A stretch of DNA of 64,000 nucleotides from Phoronis australis (taxonomy: Eukaryota; Animalia; Phoronida): assembly GCA_002633005.1 (NCBI GenBank), contig NMRA01000339.1, positions 430,800 to 494,799 on the forward strand. Reading direction: 5' to 3'. Below, piece after piece: positions 53,501-64,000 of the stretch. A program made the position numbers and the translations under genes. Below the pieces are notes generated by a model. It worked only from the letters and a program-made list of their open reading frames with translations, was not told the DNA's origin and did no database searches. How positions within the stretch are numbered: position 1 is the first letter of the stretch; each line of letters starts with the position of its first letter.

Positions 53501-53572
53501 ATCGAGGCTGTTAATCTATCACCACTAGTACACGCGCGCCCTCTAGTTAATGTAAATTTTCCGAATAGCCCC
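50544..53572. mobile_element. ISL2EU (Harbinger-related) DNA transposon, decayed and deleted, 3029 bp
   Basis: TIRs GGGGCTATTCGGA.AATT / AATTTTCCGAATAGCCCC flanked by AT on both sides. Plus-strand THAP remnant YCHFPWC..GHQLPKDLRL..W..AVKR (~50735-50870). Convergent minus-strand remnant KTGFKELTAAN..L...V.AYF (~52820-52915) resembles the start of the ISL2EU second ORF. Confidence 0.75.
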
Positions 53573-53956
53573 ATTTTTGTGACTCAATACACTGTAGTTT
53601 TGCTCACAGGCTTGCTTAGACGGGGGTGTCCACGGCCGCAGCGAGTGCGCTGTGACTGTCATCAATCTCGCGGAATCGGAATCTTTCACTTTTTCTTCAA
53701 AGACTGCTTTTTCTGTCCAAAGTTTCGACGTCTAGAATCGTTTTTCGTGCTTTTCAATGTTCAAAAATGACTATGTTTTTTTGTATCGTTCACTTGGCTT
53801 GACACCACGAGTGTTGCGCCGCCGTGACCTTGACGTACGTTTTGAAAATTCTTAGAAGCAAAATGTTCGTCTATATTTGTAATTACTGATCGCTGACAAC
53901 TTCCTGCCGATTCCATATAATGCACTCTATTTGCAGTTCATGGAGTTTCTTTTTAA

Positions 53957-56563
53957 GTTTTACTCGGGCTGACTACCAGGAAGTTCAGACGACATACCCA
54001 GCAGCTCCAACAAAACCATTACCTCTTCTACGTGTCTCTATAAAGTTATCAACAATCAGAAAACCTAATGGATTTTGTACAGGGAAAACCACGACAAACT
54101 TTTACAGACATCGAAAATGTGAACAGAACAAACGGATTTTAGAGAAAAAGTGAAAGGACTTATGATATATTCCGATTCCGCGAGTTTGATGGAGGTTACT
54201 GCACACTCGGCCGGCCCGGTGACGAGACCAGAACAATTAAACCTGCAAGCAAAAGCACAACATATTGAGCTGTAAATATTGCTTGATACATGTAACTCTC
54301 TAGACAAAGCAGCTGAAAAGAGTGAAATTATCTGTGAAATTTAATTGTTTGATTTGTCGGCGTTGTTCATTTTCGGCTACAGTTCGAAGCTCTGGCTGGC
54401 TGCATTTACCTAATTACTCAATTGTCGTCTTATTCAAAGGACCAAAATAAAGCTTTTTGTCGACCAGAGTTTTTTTGACGCCACATGGGGTGCTCAAATT
54501 ATAAAAAAGCCCATAAAAATGAAATCTGGCTTAGAAAATCCGAATTTGTCAGACCCGTTCACTTTTACGCTATGGTAAACATTTAGATACCAACTGTACA
54601 TTGCCAGCCGGTCGGAGGTATCTATTTAGTCTGCGAAGTCGGACCGTGCAAGCCGACGAAGTTAAGTTAGTCGGGAGGCTTACTTGGTTTGGAACACTCG
54701 ACAACCAATAATAACACCGCGGAAGTTTTTCAAGACATTTTTGGATGTTAAAATCATGTTACAGTATTTCACGGAAAGAAGTTACATGTGGCCTAAATCA
54801 AATGTTTAGTCCCTAATAACAAGTGTGTTTACATAACTTTCAAAAATTACAAACAAGGGCTTAGCAAAGTGTGTGCGTGTGTGTGTGTTTGTGTGTTTGT
54901 TTATCTATAATGATTCATTTGTACAATGTTTACATGTTGCCCGGGTGCTGTTTGTTGTTAATTTGATTTCTGAGAAGTAGGGCTACTATTACCTATAGTA
55001 ATTAGCTATACGCGTGAAATAAAGCTTAAAAAATGAAAATTATATCATGTAAAAGAATCCAATCCAGTGTTTCGTGCTCTTGACAGCGTGCAGTGTATTT
55101 GCCAATCGCATCGCCCTTTGCGGACTGTCACACTTATTTGAATTTGTCCCCCCTCCCGCCACATCATTTAAATGTCCCACATTTGACAAACACCAAATCT
55201 TGCACTTTTTCTTCAAGGTCCGTTTTTTCTGTTCACAGTTTTCGATGTCCGTAACCGTTTTCCGTGCTTTTCGCTGTTCGAAAACCATTACGTTTTCTTG
55301 TGGCGCTCTTAATTGGCTCGACGACACCACTTATTCTATTGCGCCGCCGAGACCAGTTTTACTTGGGCTGACTACCAGGAAGTTCAGACGACATACCCAG
55401 CAGCTCCAACAAAACCATTACCTCTTCTACGTGTCTCTATAAAATTATCAACAATCAGAAAACCTAATGGTTTTTGCACAGTGAAAAGCACGACAAACTT
55501 TTACAGACATCGAAAATGTGAACAGAAGAAACGGATTTTAGAGAAAAAGCGAAAGGACTTATGATATATTCCGATTCCGCGAGTTTGATGGAGGTTACTG
55601 CACACTCGGCCGGCCCGGTGACGAGACCAGAACAATTAAACCTGCAAGCAAAACCACAACATATTGAGCAGTAAAAATTGCTTGATACATGTAACTCTCT
55701 AGAGCAAGCAGGTGAAAAGTGTGAAATTATTTGTGAAATTTAATTGTTTGATTTGTCGGCGTTGTTGGCTGCATTCACATAATTACTCAATTGTCGTCTT
55801 ATTCAAAGGACTAAAATAAAGATTTTTGTCCTACCAGAGTTATTTTGACGCCACATGGGGTGATCAAATTATAAAAAGCCCATGAAAATGAAATTGGTTT
55901 AGAAAATCCGCATTTGTCAGACTCGTTCACTTTTACGCTATGGCAAACATTTAGATACCAACTGTACATTGCCACCCGGTCGGAGGTATCTACTTAGTCT
56001 GCGAAGTCGGACCGTGTAAGCCGATCAAGTTATAGTTAGTCGGGAGGCTCACTGGGTCTGGAACACTCGACAACCAAAAATAACACGTCAGAAGTTTTTC
56101 AACAAGACATTTTTGGGTGTTAAAATCATGTTACAGTATTTTACGGAGAGAAGTTACATTTGTCCTAAATGAAATGTTTAAGCCCTAAAAACAAGTGCGT
56201 TTACATAACTTTCAAAAAATTACAAATAAGGGCTTAGCAAAGTGTGTGCGTGTATGTGTGTGTGCGTTTATCTACAATGATTCATTTGTATGTTTACCTG
56301 TTGCCCGGGTGCTGTTTGTTGTTAATTCGATTTCTGAGAAGTAGGCCTACTGTTACCTGTAGTATTTAGCTATACCCGTGAAATAAAACATAAAAAATGA
56401 AAATTTTATCATGTAAAAGAACCCAATCCAGTGTTTCGGGTTGTTGACAGCGCACAGTGTATTTGCCAATCGCATCGCCCTTTGCGGACTGTCACACTTA
56501 TTTGAATTTGTCCCCCCTCCCGCCACATCATTTAAATGTCCCACATTTGACAAACACCAAATC
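53957..56563. repeat. Tandem duplication of ~1.2-1.4 kb (~53957-55197 / ~55356-56563)
   Basis: Both copies begin gttttact(c/t)gggctgactaccaggaagttcag and end catttgacaaacaccaaatc, with several percent divergence and no N at the junction. Confidence 0.9.
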
Positions 56564-58234
56564 GACATATTATCATATACTGTTTTAATTTCCCACGCGA
56601 CATAGCCATATTTTCCCGCTCGACCAAAACAAAAAAACGGGAAGTTTCATGTTTTTTTGACACCTGCAATTTCCCATTTAACTATGAAAAACAAAACAAA
56701 AAAACGCTGTCAGACATTTTTGGATGTTACATTTCCCGTTCCACAAGAAATGCTGTCGGCACGTCTCTGTGTTTTGCAGCAAGCATTTCACTTTTATGCT
56801 TTGGTTTAAACCTACATGTAGATGTCCTGCTTTATATCCTGAAGCAACAGTCCCGCTTTTCAATCCAGTTGTTCCGTTTTTTGTCCTTAAATGTTGACCG
56901 TGTCAACAACTGTACATGTATGCAACAGGTGTTCAAATTAACATTGTCTCTTTTTATGAATATTATTTTGCAGAGTAAACTTTCTTTAGTAAAAAAATAT
57001 CTCTTGTTTACGGTAACATACCCTACAAATATCAGGATCACCGACTTTTACTTTCTGAAGCAAAAAGTTTATTTCGATTTTTATGGAAAGTCCTACATTG
57101 CAACCAATGTGGTGAGCTATCCACTGTACATTTCAAAGCTACGTGATAGATGTTTCCTCATTTTTATCTATCAGAAAACCTGCAAATTTCGGATACATAC
57201 CTGGAGACTCAGTTTATACCATTTTTTTCGTAAATATCACTGCGTTCTGAATTTTGACTGAAGAATGTAATTGTATCAATGGCATCAAAGGTCCTATTAA
57301 CTAACATTTATCCCAGACTCGTTGAATCTGCCGAGTGCAATACGGCCATGTACCTGTAATAATGTTTTCCGTATTCACCTCCCGCACTACTTCAACAGTG
57401 ACCTCTGAAATGGAAAGTTCAAAAGGTACATGTACTGTAGGTCAATGTCGATTCGACGTCGTTAGCCGGTTCGATCATCAAACTTTCAGAGTACATGTAT
57501 AGTTTAAAGTAATACAGTTGCAGCAGTATAAATAACGCTCGACGTGCAATCAGACCCTACACGTAACACCTGGTACAACAAACTATTAATTATATGTCAC
57601 TTCTGTCTCAGTTTTCAGTCTGCAACTCAGCCGATTCCTCAAATGTTGTTTTTTTAAACTAATTTCAGGAAATGTTCCAAGTTCAATGCACAGATACCGT
57701 CGTTCTCATTTTTGTTATCTCTTTTCAAGTTATAAACCGTTACATTTAAAACTGTTTCTTTTACTAGAGAAAACTTGCAACCCTAACGTACATACATATA
57801 GGATGTGACACGCCACATGAACAGTCTGACTGAAGTATTTTAAAAAAATGCCGTAAAAATGAAAGAAACTTAGGAATTCGAAGGGTACATGTATGGGATA
57901 AATACAAATCGTACCTCGATGGGCGTAGACGGTTTTTAGAATTAAAAAGTAATTTTAAACTAGTCAGGTATTAGAAACGATAATTATTTATGAATAAAAT
58001 TATTTAACTTTTGCTTCTGGTATAATCATCAAGAACTGACAAAGGTATTTTTAATGATACCACTCTTATGCAATTCCATTATAAAACGACCGAGTTGCGA
58101 AAAGTTTTAATGAAAGTAACTTCCATAGCAAGGACACATACCGGAGCGAACGAATGGAAACAAGTCTCACGCATGCCCGGCGCAACCTCGGCGGCCGTGA
58201 GATCACAGTTGAAATTCCAGGGGGAGAGTTCTAT

Positions 58235-60932
58235 CAAGGAGTGTACGAGCATAGGAGAGTTCACTCCGCAATGGTTACTGGTCGAAACACTAGCGCTCCA
58301 AGCGGTGAATAATCAACACTTAGTTTGGCGCGCAGTCCGAACAATGTAAACGCTCATCAATTCATACTTTAATGACATTCAACGTGCAATAAAATTACTG
58401 TGTGATTGAAAATGGTTAGAACACATAAACTAACATCCACTTACAATAGCATGAGAAAGAAAATGTGTATTTTAATCAATATTAAAGTGTATTAGTTTTT
58501 ATTCTCTTGAAGCGCCCTTCAAAATTCATCATGGTTTTGTTTCATGTTTGAGTTCTTAACACGGCGATTATCGTTCATTATAACAGTTCATACCTCCATG
58601 GACTACATAATTTGAATGATTGCCCGTGGGGGTTCAGAGGGGAATTCCCCCCAGGTGCCAGCTAAGGGGGTACCAGGCAAAAACCGGGAGGTGGGCGCCA
58701 AATGGGTGTTGACTCCCTCCCAGGGGGGTTACATGGGAGGAGTGCTAAACAGATAAAAACCAATGGGTATGTATGCCACATGGGTGTTGAGCCCCTCCCA
58801 TCGTCACACATTTTGGTTGCTCCCCTGACCATTGACAAACATGATGCTCCCAGCTCACTGTTGGTTTCATCTCCACCCAACAATTTCGTATGTGTTCCCT
58901 ATTCAATGCATGAGGCTACTGGCAATGCAGACAGTTGTTTTGTGCAGTGGGTGTTACACAAGTGAGAAGATGAAAGCAAAGCAATTCATCACTTCCACAA
59001 AATCGTAATACAATTTTAGAACATTCCATTATTTCTTAGACATGCCAGTATAGGGCTCAATCCCACTCTCCCACTCACCAACAGTTACAAGTCACTTGCT
59101 AATCTGTAGAATAGCTCACAACTTACAAAATGACGTAACATTGAGTATATCATCACTCATAACTAGTCAAAGTTCAAAATATCATGACAAAAATTAAGAG
59201 GCACTAAACAGCAATCAAAATATTCACTACCCACATAACTTCATACAAAATTGAATTAAAAAGACTTGGATGATAAAACCAAAATTTTATTTTATATACC
59301 CACTGTTCCTATTAGTAAATATTTCAGGTAAGTTTAAGCCAGACCACAAGATCATATCTGATACCTAGCCACAACTGGGGCTTAAATTAATCACAATCTC
59401 CAAAAACGTACAAAACAGGCAACACATACACCAACCAAAACAACAAGAAAATCTGACCAACCTTGTCACTCTCTATTAATTCACTAGCAAACAACAGCAC
59501 TTTTCGCCAAATAAATGCGTTATAAATAAAGCTGAAAACTAATTTACTCACAGAGGTGTTTGTCATCGAGAAGCAAAATTATACGGATAGCTTGGGTTTA
59601 ACAAAATTTCAGCCCACCACTCAGACTCTGAATGGTCCATCAGATTCACTTTAGCTCTCTCCAAATCACACGCTAATCATTCATAAAATGTTTCAATCTG
59701 ATCAACTTTAGTAAAATACGAAAACCAGATTTTGCGGACTAATTGTCCTTTCTACACGTGATGTTCCAGTACTTGCTTTGTGAGACGATAATCAGAAATG
59801 GAAAAAAGCCTATTCCAGAGCTGTAATATAATTTCCGGAGAACTTTTTGACCCTGACATCTTCATTTTTGGTGGATTCAGGACATCAAATATTGTTCGGG
59901 CACTGCAGTCAATACCAGCTTGTTCTTCATTCATGAACATGGACTCCTCGAAGTGATGAGAGCAAAACTTGTGGTTCTTGCACAAATACATGTAGGTTGC
60001 ATCTCTATTCATAAGGCCAGCTCTCAGCGCTTGCACCTGAACAGATTTCAATGACTGAGAGACTTTGGAACAAACCTCATACTCACTAGGTTCACAGAAG
60101 ACTGGTAGCCTACACTAAAGTACACTACACTACAGAATTCCTGTCGTACTGTGATTGTGATAGAGACAAAAGCGTTTTGGTGTCAACTGAAAAAAACTCG
60201 GACTCAAATGTTGATCCACGGATATTTTAACAGGGCCGCGCCTCCGCATCACTGACACATAGAATTACATGTAAGTTTTCAATGACGCACTGCTTAACTT
60301 AATTGGTCCAACTGGCACATTAAAATTATGTTGGGATTTTCCACCTTTTCACCGAGACCCACAGATTCGCTAACTTGACTCATGACAGACTTAGTGGCCC
60401 TGTGGCTGTGATTGTGCCATGGCTGTGTCATCAGTCATATTACTCATGGCTATGGGCATGTTTTCCTAAAATTGTCCCTGCGATGGTACGGATGACATTT
60501 TGATTTGGAATTGATGGACTGCAAGTATCCACAAAGCTGACGATCACATCGTACGTTCATCATAGTCCTTCCGCCGGCAGCCCCGCTGTACAGTAGGCCT
60601 AGCCTACACTGCAGCCAACAGAACAGTGGCAACGGGACTGTGATCAACTTGTCTAACAACCGGGAACAGAACACACAAAATGAAAGCCAGTGTATCATTT
60701 TATTGAATAACAGATAATCCTTACCTTTCTAAATCTTTAGGAAACCTAAAAAATGACACGTCTGGGGTTTTCGTGCATGAATTCATGAAATTTAATCGCA
60801 CTGCAGAATGCGTCCTTCCCCATTGTTTTGGCGCTTCCTGGTTGACAGTTGCTTCTTCACCACTTGGCGGCGCTAGTAGTAGAGGTAACAGCGAATTCAC
60901 AAGTGAACTCTCCTATACTACTACACTCCTTG
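58235..60932 (-). mobile_element. P-element-superfamily transposon, deleted derivative (2698 bp)
   Basis: 31-bp TIRs CAAGGAGTGTA..AG.ATAGGAGAGTTCACT, 7-bp TSD gttctat (58228-58234, 60933-60939), THAP remnant KFCSHHFEESMF...TIFDV (ORF 59752..60051). Empty paralogous site at ~711-735. Confidence 0.85.
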
Positions 60933-62399
60933 GTTCTATGGTCTGCTTCTGCAACTTTCTGACAGCTACTCTGGTACCTTGGTAGATTATAATCTACGTT
61001 TCGATAGTACATGTACTCGAAGTAAGGTGGCACTCAGTAGTTTTTTAGGCACATTTATTTCCGTAGTGGATTGGCCGGCATTTTGAGATTTACTTCACTA
61101 TACCTTGCAGCTAAGAATAGCAACTGTTAGATTTCTTATATCCGTTTTTAACAAAATAGGAAAGTAATTATTGAGCAATATATTTTACAACAGCAGACTT
61201 TATAAACACTCTACAGCTTTCAAAAGCTAAATTACGGCTGGAAGATCATGTACACCTCAAACTTTTCTGAAGAGCTAAAAACTGTCAATTCGACGCCCAT
61301 TGGCTACCCAATTTTTGGAATCGACAGTATTTTGTGGCTGTGAATTCGTTGGCTGCTAGTGCATAGTAAACCCATGCTAGTCGTGGTTTTGAGACCAAAA
61401 CTGCAAAGTTCGCGTATTCATTGCCCGTTTTCTGTGTTGCGCAGCGTGTCTTGCAATATCAATAAAATCCAAAGCATTTCAAATGCTTACATAGAGTAAT
61501 AGAAATAACTTTCTAAACTTTTGAATGTTGTTACCTAAGAGAAAATCGAACACGGCTCTAAAATTTTAAAAGCGATAAAAGACAACTAAATTGTCTCACG
61601 AAAGAGTGTTCCCACAATTGAAACTCAGTGTCTCCGAAAACATTCTTCTTTTTCGTCACTCTAATGGGGAGATTCCGAGATCGAATGACCACTAAAAGCG
61701 CTGACGCATTGGGTTGTTCAGAACGCCACATTGGAAAATCTATGTTTCAGCCAACCCAGAGGCTGATTTACTGTGTAAAAATCATCATATTTGACCATAC
61801 TTGACAAGAGTTACTTCCCATCGCTTTCTGTACGAATTTCGTCCCGTGGGGTTAATTTTAAGAGTCGGTATTTGGATAGCCATTTCAAAGAGTTCCCCTC
61901 ATGCATTTTCTTAGTTTTTGAGGTTTCAGTTAGCTAACGTGAAATGAATACCATTGAATCTATATAATTAAGCTATGTTTATGCCAAATCGTTGCAATTG
62001 TTTAACTTTTAAGAAAAATTAGTTATTTTTAAGTCTCCCGCCAAATGATGTACTGGGTGAAAGACGTTTGGTCACTTGATAATCAATTGCAATAGCAGAA
62101 CAAAGCAGATCAGAAGACGAGGACGATTTTGAGCGAGAACTGGGCAAGTATTGTGCAGACAGAGAGGGGAGTGGATACGGGCATCCCTCTTGAAGAATCA
62201 GACAATGAATTCGATTTAATTCCCAATTTAGCGAACATGTGGCGGCCCTTAGGCCGTATTACCCAGAGCCACTTGCACGAGAAATCCTACAGACATGTGT
62301 GAGCCACAACCAACTAAACCATAGGGTGGTCAATCTTCACAAAATAGACACTTGATAATCGCTTCTGCGGCGTCAACCACCCAGAGCGTTTATCCACCC

Positions 62400-64000
62400 C
62401 CAAAACCGCCAACACACCTGCCAGGTATCCCAACACCCGTAAAAGTAAACAAACCTAAACCTCTCCTTTCAGGTTATGGTATGACTCCCACTCGGCTACG
62501 GAGCTTATCAATGGTTTCTCTTTTGGTTTCAGGCTCGGCGCCTCCCCGATCTATCACTCCAATCCACCCACCAACCACCCGTCAGCTCTCCGTAATCCCG
62601 AAGTTACCTTTCAGAATATACAGACTGAGGTTCTGCTGGGTCGCTATGATGGTCCCTTCCCATCCCCTCCATTCCCCCTTTTCTCTTCGTCACCCCTTGC
62701 CATCATCCTTAAATCTCACCCTAACAGTTTTCGTCTCATTCATAAATTGTCATATCCATCTCGTTACTCTAACCTCGTTAACTCCCTCATACCCCCTCAT
62801 TTCTCCCAAGTCCATTACCAATCCATCGCGGACGCTATCCGCCTGGTTCAACGGTTTGGACGCCACTCCCTCATGGCTAAGACTGACATCAAGGACGCTT
62901 TTTGCATCGTACCGGAGCAGCCTGACGACTACCACCTCTTAGGTCTCTTCTGGGCCAACAACTTCTACTACTACTACTACTACTACTGGTTCCTGCCATT
63001 TGGCTGTGCCTCCAGCTGCAACATCTTCGAGAAGGCCAGTTCTGCGATTCAATGGATCCTGGAAACCAAGATGAAGGTCGCCGGCGTTTTGCATTACCTC
63101 GATGACTTCTTTTTCGTGGGCTCCCATCCTCGCCGACATGCTCCTGCGACCTCGCCGCATTCATATTACTCTGCGACTCCTTATGAATCCCTATCAACCA
63201 CGACAAGACAATTCAGCCGACCACCTCCATCCCCATTTATGTCATCCACCTCGACCCTACCACCATGACTGCTTCTCTCCCAAAGGACAAGGTGGACAAA
63301 GCTTCCAACCTCCACCTCGACTTCCAGAAGCGCCGCAAGGTTACGCTCCTCGATCTTCAATTCCTCATTGGTCTACTAAACTTCGCCTGCTCCGTCATCG
63401 TGCCCGGCCGCGCCTTCCTGCACCCCCTCATCAACCTCACCATTTGTATTTCGAGACAAGGGCACTTCGTCACTCTGAATAATGAAGCTAGAGCGGACCT
63501 TAGGGCTTGGTCCATATTTCTCCGAGGCTTCAATGGGAAAACACTGTTCCTATTCGAAGAGTGGACATCTTCAGACACCATCAAACTGTACTCTGATCCT
63601 GCAGGATCTAATGGGTGGTTTGCTACCAACATTGGGGGCTTTCCGGTTTGCCTGCCCGTGGCCCTAGAACCTGCAACACCAGTCACATCACCTTAAAAGA
63701 ATTCCTTCCTATCGTCATAGCGCTAGAGCTGTGGGGATCGAACCTCACCAACCACAAGATCCTCTCCCTGTGAAAAAACCGTGCCGTTGCTGACATTATC
63801 AACAAGACCTCCTCTCGCCACCCCCGCATTATGTCCCTTGTTCGTAGTCTGGTCATCTCTGCTCTTACATTTAACGTTCATTTTCGGGCAAAACATATCG
63901 CTGGCTACACTAACATCATCGTTGATGCACTTTCTCGTTTCCACTTTCAGGTAGCCTTTTTCAGGGTTCTTGGTTCAGCCCTGATCCGACACCGATCCCG
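62400..64000 (+). mobile_element. DIRS/Ngaro-type tyrosine-recombinase retrotransposon pol (RT plus RNase H), frameshifted, running off the window
   Basis: PTPV...LSGY, MAKTDIKDAF, LPFGCASS..IF, HYLDDF, LIGLLNFACSVIVPGRAFL, LYSD.AGS.G, then a decayed EFLPIVIALELWG...IVDALSRF RNase H tail. Confidence 0.88.
62966..62986 (+). repeat. (TAC)7 microsatellite inside the DIRS RT frame
   Basis: Directly visible; translates as YYYYYYY. Confidence 0.95.

Noticed and set aside
53920-55564. Repeated ORF ADYQEVQTTYPAAPTKPL...
   Set aside because: Explained by the local tandem duplication; the N-termini differ, and there is no domain or convincing splice structure.
1-64000. tRNA/rRNA genes or prokaryotic operons
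   Set aside because: No cloverleaf or rRNA-like sequence recognised by eye; long ORFs are absent and the genes are spliced. tRNAscan-SE or Infernal would be needed to exclude small RNAs.

Overview
AT-rich (roughly 39% GC by eye), intron-containing eukaryotic DNA. It looks like a marine invertebrate: TACATGTA is very frequent, THAP transposons and an ependymin expansion are present, and five single-N assembly joins occur at 1011, 9169, 12950, 31071 and 32938. The ORF track misses the real genes because they are spliced. I reconstructed by hand a tandem cluster of ependymin-related protein (EPDR) genes on the minus strand. Copy A (CDS 23589-16824, 194 aa) and copy B (48896-41953, 196 aa) each have five coding exons and are about 76% identical. 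A third copy, C, shows only exon 2 (273-163); it runs off the window start and has no visible exon 1. A three-exon TMEM26-like gene (7503-12798, 347 aa) lies on the plus strand between C and A. The rest is locally duplicated non-coding DNA and transposon relics, many with ends confirmed by target-site duplications (TSDs) or empty paralogous sites. These are Kolobok, ISL2EU and P-like THAP elements, a Harbinger derivative, a long-TIR element with a 9-bp TSD, a solo LTR, three 5'-truncated L1/Tx1 LINEs and a decayed DIRS/Ngaro pol. Three leads stand out. (1) In both EPDR genes TAG sits 2 nt before an intron, and the next exon continues the frame with mostly synonymous changes, suggesting readthrough or a lost C-terminal tail. 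(2) The conserved orphan exon of copy C could splice to copy A's signal-peptide exon across TMEM26. (3) Recurrent TA->TACATGTA and TA->TAGGCCTA micro-insertions between paralogs look like DNA-transposon excision footprints. All alignments were done by eye, and no database search was run.
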